A DNA stretch of 61,942 nucleotides, filler included, from Chiloscyllium plagiosum (Eukaryota): the NCBI RefSeq assembly GCF_004010195.1. It is 4 parts of one record of this genome, joined end to end, with 100 filler letters (N's around TTAATTAATTAA, not from the genome) between each part and the next. Parts side by side here need not be neighbours in the genome. Positions count along the whole stretch, not along the records: positions 1 to 11,669 come from NC_057716.1; positions 11,770 to 36,034 come from NC_057716.1; 2 more parts are not named here. The stretch is one strand, 5' to 3'. Numbering within the stretch: position 1 is the stretch's first letter; each line of letters begins with the position of its first letter. Positions 1 through 12,209 of this stretch are shown here, piece by piece. Below the pieces are notes generated by a model. The model was not told where the DNA came from and ran no database searches. It saw only the letters and a list, made by a program, of their open reading frames with translations. Both the position numbers and the translations under genes were made by a program.

Positions 1-872
1 TAGGTGGGGAGTTCTTGGACTAAGTGGGACAGGACCGTGTCGAGGTATGCAGAGATGAGTTCGGTGTGGCAGGGGCAGGCTGAGACAATGGGTCGGCCTG
101 GCAGTCGGGTTTGTGGATTTTGGGCAGGAGGTAGAAACGGGCGGTGCGGGGTTGTGGGACTATGAGGTTGGAGGCAGTGGATGGGAGATCCCCTGAGGTG
201 ATGAGGTTATGGATGGTCTGGGAGATGATGGTTTGGTGGTGGGAGGTGGGGTCATGGTCAAGGGGCAGTAGGAGGAGGTGTCCGCAAGCTGGCGTTTAGC
301 CTCAGTGGTGTAAAGGTCGGTGCGCCAGACTACTACCGCGCCTCCCTTGACGCCGGTTTGATAGTGAGGTTGGGGTTGGAACGGAGGGAGTGGAGGGCTG
401 CACGTTCCGAGGGTGAGAGGTTGGAGTGGGTGAGAGGGGTGGAGAAGTTGAGGCAGTTAATGTCGTGGCGGCAGTTGGCTATGAAGAGATCGATGGCAGG
501 TAAGAGGCCAGTACGGGGTGTCCAGGTGGATGGGGTGTGTTGGAGGCAGGAGAAGGGGTCGTCAGAGGGTGGGCGAGAATCCTGGTTGAAGAAGTAGGCG
601 CGGAGCCGAAGGCGGTGGAAGAATTGTTCGATGTCTCGCCACGTGTTGAACTCGTTAATCTGAAAGTGTAGGGGGCTGAAGGTGAGGCCTTTGCTGAGGA
701 CTGATCTTTCATCCTCAGAGAGGGGGAGGTCTGGATGGATGGTGAAAACACGGCAGGGCTGGGAGCTAGGACCTGGTGTGGGGCTGGAGCTGGGAGTGGG
801 GTGGGGTTGGGCGTGGGGGCGGGGACGGAGATCGGCGTGGGGGCGGGGTTAGGTGTGCGGGCGGAGTTCGGC
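1..872 (-). mobile_element. Penelope-like element (PLE) ORF fragment, N-terminal region to RT start; inverted 5' segment
   Basis: Minus strand translates to SVLSKGLTF...FFHRLRLRAYF...NLSPSERAALHSLRSNPNLTIKPA.KGGAVVV...FYLLPKIHKPDC..RPIVS, typical PLE pre-RT motifs, with frameshifts. Near-identical to 11770-12209. Confidence 0.9.
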
Positions 873-2322
873 GTACCCTTCCACTGACACTCTCCTTCGA
901 CTGACTGAACTGGTCCTCACCCTGAACAACTTCTCTTTCCAATCCTCCCACTTCCTCCAAACCAAAGGAGTAGCTTTGAGCACCCGCATGGGCCCCAGCT
1001 ATGCCTGCCTCTTCGTAGGATATGTGGAACAGTCCATCTTCCACAGCTACACTGGCACCACCCCCCCACCTTTTCCTCCGCTACATCAATGACTGTATCG
1101 GCGTTGCCTCGTGCTCCCATGAGGAGGTTGAATAGCTCATCCACTTTACCAACACCTTCCACCCCGATCTCAAATTTACCTGGACCGTCTCAGACTCCTC
1201 CCCCCCCTTCCTAGACCTTTCCATTTCTATCTCGGGCGACCGAATCAACACGGACATTTACTATAAACCGACCGACTCCCACAGTTACCTAGACTACACC
1301 TCCTCCCACCCTGCCCCCTGTAAAAACGCCANNNNNNNNNNNNNNNNNNNNNNNNNNNNNNNNNNNNNNNNNNNNNNNNNNNNNNNNNNNNNNNNNNNNN
1401 NNNNNNNNNNNNNNNNNNNNNNNNNNNNNNNNNNNNNNNNNNNNNNNNNNNNNNNNNNNNNNNNNNNNNNNNNNNNNNNNNNNNNNNNNNNNNNNNNNNN
1501 NNNNNNNNNNNNNNNNNNNNNNNNNNNNNNNNNNNNNNNNNNNNNNNNNNNNNNNNNNNNNNNNNNNNNNNNNNNNNNNNNNNNNNNNNNNNNNNNNNNN
1601 NNNNNNNNNNNNNNNNNNNNNNNNNNNNNNNNNNNNNNNNNNNNNNNNNNNNNNNNNNNNNNNNNNNNNNNNNNNNNNNNNNNNNNNNNNNNNNNNNNNN
1701 NNNNNNNNNNNNNNNNNNNNNNNNNNNNNNNNNNNNNNNNNNNNNNNNNNNNNNNNNNNNNNNNNNNNNNNNNNNNNNNNNNNNNNNNNNNNNNNNNNNN
1801 NNNNNNNNNNNNNNNNNNNNNNNNNNNNNNNNNNNNNNNNNNNNNNNNNNNNNNNNNNNNNNNNNNNNNNNNNNNNNNNNNNNNNNNNNNNNNNNNNNNN
1901 NNNNNNNNNNNNNNNNNNNNNNNNNNNNNNNNNNNNNNNNNNNNNNNNNNNNNNNNNNNNNNNNNNNNNNNNNNNNNNNNNNNNNNNNNNNNNNNNNNNN
2001 NNNNNNNNNNNNNNNNNNNNNNNNNNNNNNNNNNNNNNNNNNNNNNNNNNNNNNNNNNNNNNNNNNNNNNNNNNNNNNNNNNNNNNNNNNNNNNNNNNNN
2101 NNNNNNNNNNNNNNNNNNNNNNNNNNNNNNNNNNNNNNNNNNNCTTTCGACCTATCACATTTCCAACACCCCTCCCCCAAGTCCCTCCTCCCTACCTTTT
2201 ATCTTAGCCTGCTGAACACACTTTCCTCATTCCTGAAGAAGGGCTCATGCCCGAAACGTCGTTTCTCCTGCTCCTTGGATGCTGCCTGACCTGCTGCGCT
2301 TTTCCAGCAACACATTTTCAGC
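873..2322 (+). mobile_element. PLE RT core and 3' terminal repeat (gap 1332-2143)
   Basis: LVLTLNNFSF..HFLQTKGVA..RMGPSYACLFVGYVE, degenerate RYIDD (ctacatcaatgac), FLDLSI, YKPTDSHSYLDY; terminal repeat with hammerhead after the gap. Confidence 0.88.
2229..2264 (+). ncRNA. Minimal hammerhead ribozyme motif (PLE type), core intact
   Basis: attc-CTGAAGA-A-GGGC-tcat-GCCC-GAAA-CGTC-gttt; stem I weak in this copy. Confidence 0.75.
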
Positions 2323-2379
2323 TACTGAATAAACTAGCAGAGAGAAATAATAAACAGGTGAATAAAGCATCATTGGTGA

Positions 2380-5320
2380 AGTACAATTTATAGTGGATGG
2401 CCCAAATGAGAATTCTAAATACCAATGCACATGGTGTAAGGAATAAACTAAATAAGTTGTAAGCATTACCTACAACTGAGACTGAGAATTAAACATGCCA
2501 GTTTATAAAGATTTATCAGATGGATAAGGAAGATGTTAGAGGGGGTAGAGTAGCCTTACCGGTTAGAAACAAAATCACTTCAATGGTGATGGAGGATATG
2601 ATGAGTGGAAAAACACCCAGTGGAAACCTGCTGGATGGAACTAAGGAACAGTAAAGAATCAAAAACTATAATAGATGTTTTGTATAGACCCCCTGGTAAC
2701 AGCACTAAAATGCTAGATTGTCTAAATGCAGAAATTAGGCAAGTATGTAGTAAAAGCAGAGTAGTGCTAATGGAGGATTTTAACTTTGATATTGATTGGG
2801 AGACACTGACAATCACCTGTCAGAAAGGTATTGAATTCTGGAGTCGGGGGTAGCTCTCTACACGAATATGTCCTGGATGAGCAAGGGGACAAACAATATT
2901 GGATTTAGTAATCAGTAATGAGCCTGATTTAGTTAGCAACCTAACTGAGTGAAAATTTATCAAATAGTGATTATAACATGATTGACTTCAAAGCAGCATT
3001 GGAAAGGAAAAAGCACGAATTTAGATGAGGTAAGGCCTTCATAAATAAGATGAGACAGAGACTGTCCACAGTAAATTGGGAAAATCTGCTAATGGGAAAA
3101 CAACTAAAGAACAGTAGAAAATGTTTATAGAAACATTTATTGCAATACAGAATCACTTTATACCATAAGAGGGGATAGGTTCACTTAGAGTCATAGAGAA
3201 GTACAGCATAGAAACAGACCCTTTGGTCCAACTCATCCATGCTGACCAGATATCCACCCCTAATCTAGCCAGCATTTGGCCCATATCCTTCTAAACCCTT
3301 CCTATTCATATAGCCATCTAGATGCCTTATAAATATTATTATGTACCAGCCTCCACCACTTCCTCTGGCAGCTCATTCCATACATGCACCACTCTCTGCA
3401 TAAAAAAGTTGCCCCTTAGGTCCCTGTTAATTTTTTTCCCTCTCACTCTAAACCTATGCCCTCTAGTTCTGGACTCCCCCACCATAGAGAAAAAACCTTG
3501 TCTATTTACCCTATCCATGCCTCTCATGATTTTAAAAACCTCTATAAGGTCACTCCTTAGCCTCCGACGCTCCAGGGAAAATAGCCCCAGCCTATTCAGC
3601 CTCTCCCTATAGCTCAAATCCTCCAACCCTGGCAGCATCCTTGTAAATCCTTTCTAAATCCTTTTAAGTTTCACAACATCCTTCTGATAGAAGGGAGACC
3701 AGAATAGCCCACAATATTCCAAAAGTTGCCTAACCAATAAAAATAGCCATGGATAGCTAAAGAGACAATGGGCAGCAAAAAACCAAAAGAAAGGTTTACA
3801 AAAATGCACAAAACAGCACAGAGCCTAAGAATGGGAAAGATACAAAACCAGCAAAAAGTGGGGATATTATCAACAACTATGACAGCCATGTTGATTAATT
3901 ACTTTGTCTCAGTATTTACAGTAGAAAAGGAAGTCAGCTTACTGGAAGTTCCAGGGAAATTAATAGTGAATTGGAGCAGAGACTAAATAAAATTAATGTA
4001 AGTAAAATTGATAATGAGGAAATTAATTGAACTAAAGTGTGACAAGTTCCAAGGCCTGACAGTTTCCACCCGAGGGTGTTAAAGGAAGTGGGGAAGCACA
4101 TTATAGATGCCCTAACTATAACCTTTCAGTGTTCCTAGGTTCAGGAGTCGTCCCTCTGGACTGGAAAATTGCACATATCATTCTGCTTTATAAGAAGGGC
4201 GAAAGAGGAAAACCAGGGAATTACAGACCAGTTAGCCTAACATCTGTGATGGGGAAATTGTTGGACTCTATAATCAAGGATAGGGTAACTGAATACCTCA
4301 AGAATTCAGTTAATCAGGGAGATGCAGCATGGATTCATGACAGGTAGGTCATGCCTGACAAACCTCTTTGAACTTTTTGAAGACGTATCAAAGGTAATGG
4401 ACAGGGGAATGTCTGTGGATGTTTATGTAAACTTCCAGAAGCCATTTGATAAAGTGCCACAAAAAAAGAGACTGGTAACTAAGGAAGAAGCCCACAGAAT
4501 TTAGGGCAAATTACTGACATAACTGGGAAATTGGTTAAGTGGCAAATGCCCCTGTGAATGGCAAGAGGTCCAGAGGAGATTTGCAAGCATAATCCTGGGG
4601 ATGAAGGGGTTGTCATATGAATAGCAGCTGAGGACTCTGGGTCTGTACTTGATTGAGTTTAGAAGGTTTGAAGGGTGATCTCATTGAAACTTACAGAATA
4701 CTGAGAGTCCTGGATAGAGTGATTGTGGAGAGGATGTTCACTAGTAGGAGAGACTAGGACTTGAGAGCACAGCCTCAGAGTGAAAAGACAACCCTTTAGA
4801 ACTGAGATGAGAGAGAATTTCTTCTCAGAGGGTGGTTAATCTGTGGAGCTTGAGAAACATATCAGCCATGATTGAATGTTGGAACACCCTTGATGGGCCA
4901 AATGGCCTAAATCTGGTACAGTCTTATGAATGTAGAGATCATGGGTAGGTACTCATATTGGCAAAACTGTGGCAGATGGAGCTCAATGTAAGCAAGTGTT
5001 AGGTTATCTATCTTTGATAAGAAAAAGATCAGGGCACCTTTTAGATGGTATTGTTAAATATAATGGATTTCCAAAGAGACTTTGGGGTTCAGGTGCATAT
5101 ATCTTTGAAATGCTATGAATAGGTGCAGAAAATAATCAAGAAAGCTAATGGTAGAGTTTACATCTAGAGGACTTGAGTACAAGGATACAGAAGTAATGCT
5201 GCAGCTATACAAAACAATCGTTAAACCCCACTTAAGAGTACTGTGAGCAGGTTTGGACGTCATATCTTTGTAAGGATATATTGGCTTTGCAAGGAGTACC
5301 AGAAAGGTTTACAAGAATTA
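2380..5320 (+). mobile_element. Old degenerate CR1 LINE ORF2 (APE endonuclease and RT), interrupted by younger insertions
   Basis: VLYRPPGNS...LMEDFNFDIDW; KGERGKPGNYRPVSLTSVMGKLL; QHGFMTGRSCLTNL; many stops and frameshifts. Confidence 0.85.
3186..3735 (-). mobile_element. CR1 (HER1-type) 3' end
   Basis: MLPGLEDLSYRERLNRLGLFSLERRRLRSDLIEVFKIMRG...FFMQRVVHVWNELP followed by the typical 3' UTR tail. Confidence 0.9.
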
Positions 5321-5325
5321 AAACC

Positions 5326-5497
5326 TGTGAAATAACTCCACAAAGGCTGGTGTCACGTCACCAGGTCACCCTTTATTTACATGTGGAGAGTCCTTGACAC
5401 TGATCCAGCTTCCTCAGAGCCAGTTCACAGTCAACAGAACTCCTAACACTCCTTTTTATATCTATCAGCAAGGTCTCCCTGATTGGACCAGATTAAC
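5326..5497 (-). mobile_element. LTR fragment (3' part), probably Gypsy
   Basis: Minus strand order: CCAAT, TATAAAA, AATAAA, terminal ...ttatttcaCA; no coding similarity. Confidence 0.55.
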
Positions 5498-5499
5498 TC

Positions 5500-7605
5500 C
5501 AGGTTCTCCAACATCCAGGTCATTTATAAAAATGATAAACAGTAGTGGACCGAAACAGATCCTTGCGGTAGAGCACTTGTAACTAAACTCCAGGATGAAC
5601 ATTTCCCATCAACCACTATCCTCTGTCTTCTTTCAGCTAGCCAACTTCTGATCCAAACCGCTAAATCACCCTCTATCCCATGGACTTACCTATTTTCACA
5701 CTTTCCAGAATTGCTAATACCTCCTCCTTGTGAACCTCAATCCCGTCTAGTCTAATAACCTGTATCTCAGTATTGTCTTCAACAACACTGTCTTTTTCCA
5801 GTGTGAATACTGATGAAAAATATTCATTTAGCGCTTCCCCACCTCCTCGGACCCCATGCACAACTTCCCATTACTATCCTTGATCGGCCCTAATCTTTTT
5901 CTATTCATTCTTTTGTTCCTGATATACCTGTAGCAAACTTTAGGGTTTTCCTTGATCCTATCTGCCAATGAGAGCTCTTCCTAGCTCTCTCTTTCGGTCT
6001 TTCCTAGTTAACTTGTAACTCTCAAGCACCCTAACTCAGCCTTCATGTCTCATCCTAACATAAGTCTACTTCTTTCTCTTGACAACAGATTCAATTTCTT
6101 TAGTAAACCATGGTTCCCTTGCTGAACCACTTCATCTCTGCCTGACAGATACATACTTATCAAGGACAAACCTTAGCTGTTCCTTGAATAAGCTCTACAT
6201 TTCAATTGTGCCCATCCCCTGCAGTTTCCTTCCCCATCTTATGTATCCTAACTCTCGCCTAATCGCATCGTAATTGCCTTTCCCCCAGCAATAATTCTTG
6301 CCCTTCGGTATATAACTATCCCTTTCCATCGCTGAAGTAATCATAACCGAATTGTGGTCACTATCACTGAAGTGCTCACCTACCTCCAAATCTAACATCT
6401 GGCCTGGTTCATTACCCAGTACCAAATCCAATGTGGCCTCGCCCCTTGTCGGCTTGTCTACATACTGTGTCAGGAAACCATCCTGTACACATTGGACAAG
6501 AACTGACCCATCTAACTATTGTATTTCCAGTCAATATTTGGAAAGTTAAAGTCCCCCATAACAACTATCTTGTTACTCTCGCTCCTACCCAGAATTATCT
6601 TTGCTATCCTTTCCTCTACATCTCTGGAACTATTTGAAGGCCCATAGAAAAATCAGGATGACCTCTCCTTTCCTGTTTCTAACCTCAGCCCATATTACCT
6701 CAGTAGACAAGTCCTCAAATATCCTTTCTGCCACCGTAATACTGTCCTTGACTGACAATGCCACACCACCGCCTCTTTTACCATCTTCTCTGTTCTTACA
6801 GAAACATCTAAATTCCAAAACCTGCAACAACTATTCCTTCTCCTGCTTTATCCATGTCTCCGAAATGGCCATAACATCGAAGTCCCAGGTACCAACTCAT
6901 GCTGCAAGTTCACCCATCTTATTCCAGACGCTCCTGGTGTTGAAGTAGACACACTTCAAACCACCTTCCTGATTGCCGGTGAACTGTTGCGACCTTGAAA
7001 CTATATTTCTGACCTCACTGCTCAACCTCCTGGACACTTAAACTAAGCCCTCTCGAAGAGCATTATCAAATTACCCCCTTCAGGATATTGATACCCCTCT
7101 GGTTCAGGTGTAGATCATCCTGTAGAGATCCCACCTACCCCAGAATGAGTCCCAATTATCCGAAACCCTCCCTCCTGCACCATTCCTGTAGCAATGTATT
7201 TAACTCCTCTCTCTCCCTCTTCCTCACCTCGCCAGCACATGGCATGGGAAACAAACCAAAAATAACAACTCTGTTTGTTCCAGCACTAAGCTTCCACCCT
7301 AGCTCCCTAAATTTCTGTCTTAAATCCCCATCCCTTTTCCTACCTATGTCATTAGTGTCTATGTGGACCATAACTTGGGACTGCTCCCCCTCCCCATCCA
7401 GGATCCCAAAAACACGATGAGACATCACGAACCCTGGCACCTGGGAAGCAACACACCATGAGTCTCTCTCGTTCCCACAGAATCTCCTATCTGTCTCCCT
7501 AACTATAGAGTCCCCAATGAGTAATGCTCTGCTCCTCTTGCCCCTTCCCTTCTGAGCAACAGGGACAGACTCTGTGCCAGAGACCTGTACCCCTTGGCTT
7601 ACCCC
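5500..7605 (-). mobile_element. CR1 LINE, ORF1 esterase region plus ORF2 with internal deletions
   Basis: VMVHIDTNDIGRK (SGNH esterase-like ORF1); KRGGGVALSVKD; DLVLGNEPGQ...HFSDSDHNSV; LNEYFSSVFT. Confidence 0.88.
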
Positions 7606-7609
7606 TACT

Positions 7610-8960
7610 CTAATACTCTATTCTTCAACGGATGAAGGCAAACATGCCATATGCCTTTTTGGCAACCTTATCAACTTACGTTGCCACTTTCAGGGAACTA
7701 TGGACCTGTATTACTAGATCCCTCTGTATGGTGATGCTACTAAGATTTCTGCCAATTACTGTCTACTTTCCTCCTGCATTAGATCTCCCAGAATGCATCA
7801 CCTCGCATTTGACAGATTAAATTCCACCTGCCATTTCTCTGCCTAAGTCTCTAGCCTATCTATATCCTGCTGTATGCCCTGGCAATCCTCCTCATTATTC
7901 GCAGCTCCTTAAATTTTTGTGTCATCCTCACCAATCAGGCCACCTGCATTCTGCTCCAAATCATTTTTATATATTACAAACAAGAGGGCCCCAATACTGA
8001 CCCCTGCAGAACACCACTAGTCACAGACCTCCAAAATGAAAAACATTCTTCCACCATATTCTGTCTTGTATGACTAAGCCAGTTCTGCATCCATTTTACC
8101 AGCTCACCATGAATCCCATGTGATTCCACCTTCTGTATCAACCTGCCATGAGGGACCTTGCTAAACTCCACATAGACAACATCTGCCCCCCGCCATCATC
8201 AATCATCTTACTCACTTCCTCCAAAATCTCATTAAACACAACTTTCCCACACAAAGCTATGCTGCTTATCACTATTAAGTCCATATTTTTTCAAATGTGA
8301 GTGAATCCTAACCTAAGAATCTTCTCCAATCGTTTCCAGCCATTGAAGTTAGGCTTATTGGCTATAATTTCCCAGATCATCCCTGTTGTCCCATTTAAAC
8401 AAATTAACAATGTTGGCTAATCTCCAGTTCTCTGGGATCTTTCCTGTAACGAAAGAAGATATAAAGATTTCATGTAAGGCTCCAGCAATTTCCTCACCAG
8501 CCTCCCTCAGTATTCCTGGATAGGTCCCTCAGATCCTGTACCTTAGTGCTTTTCAAAACACCCACAATTTGTTTTATATCGGCATGCCTTAGAATATTAA
8601 CATACACCTCACAAGCCTCAACATCCACCCTGGCCTTCCCCTTTGTGAACACCAATGCAAAGTATTCATTAAGGACCTCACTCACTTTCTCCTGCTCCAC
8701 AGATGATTTCCCTCCTATGTCATTGAGTGGACCTACCCTTTCGCTAGCTACCCTCTTGATCTTTATGTATGCATAAAACACCTTGGGATGTTCCTTAACC
8801 GTGTTTGCAAAAGACATTTCAAAGACATTTGGCCCTAATTCTTGGAGTTATTTCCGAGTATCTTTGTATTTTTTGAGGGCCCTGATTGTCTTTGGTTTCC
8901 AAAACTTTATGTATGCCTCCTTTTTTTTGATTGTGCTCTCAATTTCTCTTATCATCCATA
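7610..8960 (-). mobile_element. CR1 LINE RT region, degenerate
   Basis: KVPHGRLIQKV...[23 protein letters not shown]. Confidence 0.85.
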
Positions 8961-9199
8961 TCATTGTGAAGAACCTGTTCCAACAGTGCGCACTTTCACG
9001 TTGGACTGAACACAAATTGGTGTAGGAAACATGCAGGAACATTTGCCCCTTATAGCTTTTACACTTTCAGTGTAAAATAGCCCAGTCTGTATTTGCACAG
9101 TTGAAAATTCCCCATAATAATTATTTTATACTGTAATTTTCCTGCAGACTTGTTCTTGTACACTCTTTCCACTAGTTGGTGGTACAGGCGATATGACCA

Positions 9200-9405
9200 C
9201 TCAATGGTTAGCACTCCCTCAGAAAGCCCGGGACCCAGTTTGCACATTCTCCCAGTGTCTGCATGAGTATCCTCCGGGCGCTCCAGTTTCCTCCCACAGT
9301 CCAAGGATGTGCAGGTTAGGTGGATTGGCTATGCTAAGTTGCCCATTGTGTCTGGGGATGTGTAGGCTAGGTGCATTAGCCATGGGAAATTCAGGGTTAC
9401 AGGGA
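9200..9405 (+). mobile_element. HE1/V-SINE, degenerate with internal deletion
   Basis: V-domain-like core tttgcacattctccc..ctccagtttcctcccacagtccaaggatgtgcaggttagg; matches the reverse complement of 52859-53164. Confidence 0.8.
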
Positions 9406-9490
9406 TTGTTGCTGAGTGAGTCCCTCCCTGAGGCTGAGGGCATAGGCCTTTTTTTTATACTTCCCACAGACATTTTAGCACTGGGTCAGG

Positions 9491-9616
9491 TTCCTAAAGA
9501 AGGGCTTATGTCCGAAACGTCGAGTCTCCTGCTTCTTGGATGCTGCCTGACCTGCTGTGCTTTTCCAGCAACACATTTTTCAGCTCTGATCTCCAGCATC
9601 TGCAGTCCTCACTTCT
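9491..9616 (+). mobile_element. Solo PLE terminal unit with mutated hammerhead (CTAAAGA)
   Basis: Same ~125-nt sequence as 2229-2322 and 42543-42675; ends catctgcagtcctcacttct. Confidence 0.85.
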
Positions 9617-9695
9617 TAAAACTCTGTTTCTGATACGGGCAACACCTTGGAAGACATTATTTTCCACTTCAGGTGGCAAAACTGTTGTGAGAGAG

Positions 9696-9819
9696 ACAAA
9701 AAAAAAACCTGCAGTTGCTGGAATCCAAAGTAGACAAGCAGGAGGCTGGAAGAACACAACAAACCAGGCAGCATCAGGATGTGGGGAAGTCGAGGTTTCG
9801 AGTGTAACCATTCTTCAGG
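9696..9819 (-). mobile_element. Solo PLE terminal unit of a second family, degenerate hammerhead
   Basis: Minus strand cCTGAAGA-a-tggt-tac-actc-GAAA-cctc-gacttcc...gatgctgcctgg...ccagcaactgcag. Confidence 0.7.
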
Positions 9820-10680
9820 CAAAGGTGTTGAGGTAGTGACATCTAATGCATCCATCTCAGATTCCAAGGTATCTTCAATGCTAGATGCAGAGGGAGAATC
9901 CATGGGTTGTGGAACAGTTAGGAATTCAGTCCAGGTTTTGGGTATGATTTGCTGCCACACCGTTTGTGAATTTGCAGCTTTCATATGGTCCACATCCTTG
10001 CTAAGGACCATCACACCTACCTGAACCTTTTACGTCACTGGACCTGACCTCATGTCAACCATGCCTATTACCCCTTCCCATAGTTCCTTCACCAAACATT
10101 GTTCTCTGAAGTAAACTGTATCTCTCGCTTAATCGAGTCTTGTGTCTGGCATTGGAGTTCCAGATACAGTTTCACCACCCCATCTCCCATCTGCGCTCCC
10201 CCCCCCCATCCAGGAGGATTAGATTTAATCTGGGGAAGAGTCTTTTCCCCACTAGCAACTCTGATGGAGCTATCCCTGTGAGGCTGTAGGCTGTTTCTTT
10301 AAGCCTGCCTTCAAAGTTTGGACTGTACTTACTGCCAGACCATTGGATGGTATGGAACTGTCCATGCATGATGAATACTATTAGAGTTTAGGAAGTACTC
10401 AGATTCCCTGCTGATAAATGATGGCCTGTGATCTATGACCAACACGTTCTGGAGTCTGTATATTGCAAAAGATGCACACATTTTTTTGATCGTCATCCCC
10501 ATATTTGACAATGCAGGTCCAGCCACTTTGAGTGGGTGTTTACAAATGACCTACATAGTCTATGTGTAACCAAGTTCAGGGTTTACCCGGCCATCCCACA
10601 ATTATTGTTCCTGCTGCCACTCTGGGCACTGCTCAACCTATGCAGCTATGTCAGCAACCAATCTTGGCCAGCAGACATAA
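9820..10680 (-). mobile_element. Gypsy LTR-retrotransposon integrase fragment, degenerate
   Basis: VLVIDHRPSFISRESEYFLNSNSIHHAWTVPYHP; TGIAPSELLVGKRL..RLNL; KDVDHMK. Confidence 0.75.
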
Positions 10681-10681
10681 C

Positions 10682-11330
10682 TTAAAACACAGAACTGGAC
10701 AGCACAGGAACAGGTCCTTCGACCCACAACGTTGTGCCAAACACAATGCCAAATTAAACTAATTCCTTCTGCCTGCCCATGTCCATAACCCTCCATTCCT
10801 TGAATATTCATGTGTTTACCTAAAAGTCCCTTAAATGCCCCTATGTGCCTCCACCACCACCCCTAGCAGCGCATTCCAGACTCCTGCCACTGTGTTCCAG
10901 ACTTCTGCCACTCAATGTAAAAAACTTGCTCCTCACATCTCATTTTGAAGTGTCTCTGTCTCATCCTAAATGCATGCCCTCTAGTATTAGACATTTCAAC
11001 TCTGGGAAAAAGAATCAGACCATTATCTACGTATCTCATAGGTTTACAGACATCTACTAAGTCTCCCTTCAGCCTTTGCCACTCCAGAGAAAACAACTCG
11101 GGTTTTTCCAACCTCTCCTTAAAGCTCATATCCTCTAGTCCATGCAGCATCCTGGTAAACTTCTTCTGCACTGTTTCTAAAGCCTCCACATCCTTCCTGC
11201 AACCAAAAATGAATGCAATAATATGTGTGGCCTACCAAAGTCTCATAAAGCTGCAACATGACATCCAGACGCTTGGTACCCAATTATCCGATGAATAAAG
11301 GCAAGCATGCCTTATGCCTTCTTTACAACT
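10682..11330 (-). mobile_element. CR1 3' end
   Basis: ALETVQKKFTRMLHGLEDMSFKERLEKPELFSLE..RLKGDL. Confidence 0.85.
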
Positions 11331-11536
11331 GTTGGACCGAAGGGTCTGTTTCCGTGCGGTACATCTCTATGATTACGAGGTGCTGCATTTTTGGGAAATC
11401 AAACACTTAATGATAAGGTCTGGAGAGTGTTGCTGAACAAAGAGACCTTGGTGTGCAGGTTCATAACTCCTTGAAAGTAGAGTTGCAGATAGATAGGATT
11501 GTGAAGATGACTTTTGGTATGCTTTCCTTTATTGGT

Positions 11537-12209
11537 GGAGAAAGTGAGGACTGCAGATGCTGGAGATCAGAGCTGAAAATGTGTTGCTGGAAAAGCGCAG
11601 CAGGTCAGGCAGCATCCAAGGAGCAGGAGAATCGATGTTTCGGGCATGAGCCCTTCTTCAGGAATGAGGNNNNNNNNNNNNNNNNNNNNNNNNNNNNNNN
11701 NNNNNNNNNNNNNTTAATTAATTAANNNNNNNNNNNNNNNNNNNNNNNNNNNNNNNNNNNNNNNNNNNNCCGGGGCAGTCAGGTTTGTGGATTTTGGGCA
11801 GGAGGTCGAAACGGGCGGTGCGGGGTTGTGAGACTATGAGTTTGGAGGCAGTGGATGGGAGATCCCCTGAGATGATGAGGTTCTGGATGGTCTGGGAGAT
11901 GATGGTTTGGTGGTGGGAGGTGGGGTCATTGTCAAGGGGGCAGTAGGAGGAGGTGTCCGCGAGCTTGCGTTTAGTCTCAGCGGTGTAAAGGTCGGTGTGA
12001 CAAACTACTACTGCGCCTCCCTTGTCTGCCGGTTTGATAGTGAGGTTGGGGTTGGAAAGGAGGGAGTGGAGGGCTGCACATTCCGAGGGTGAGAGGTTGG
12101 AGTGGGTGAGAGGGCTGGAGAAGTTAAGGCGGTTAATGTCGCGGCGGCAGTTGGCTATGAAGAGATCATGGGCAGGTAAGAGGCCAACACGGGGTGTCCA
12201 GGTGGACAC
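11537..12209 (-). mobile_element. 5'-truncated PLE (ORF fragment plus 3' terminal repeat) across a scaffold gap
   Basis: ORF NPNLTIKPADKGGAVVV...LLPKIHKPDCP at 11770-12209; terminal repeat at 11537-11669; cctttatt on both flanks may be a TSD. Confidence 0.85.
11630..11665 (-). ncRNA. Minimal hammerhead ribozyme motif
   Basis: attc-CTGAAGA-A-GGGC-tcat-GCCC-GAAA-CATC-gatt (CpG decay CGTC>CATC). Confidence 0.7.

Noticed and set aside
775..865. G-quadruplex-like G-rich tract
   Set aside because: It is explained as the antisense of the Pro/Thr-rich PLE N-terminal coding region; there is no independent evidence of function.
1245..2180. Long ORFs of 200-470 aa here and at 19477-20913, 50259-51167 and 58135-59067
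   Set aside because: Their length comes from runs of N translated as X.
11670..11769. TTAATTAATTAA flanked by 44 Ns on each side (also at 36079-36090 and 58127-58138)
   Set aside because: The identical 100-bp cassette with stops in all six frames occurs three times. It is a scaffolding spacer, not biology, and adjacency across it is uncertain.
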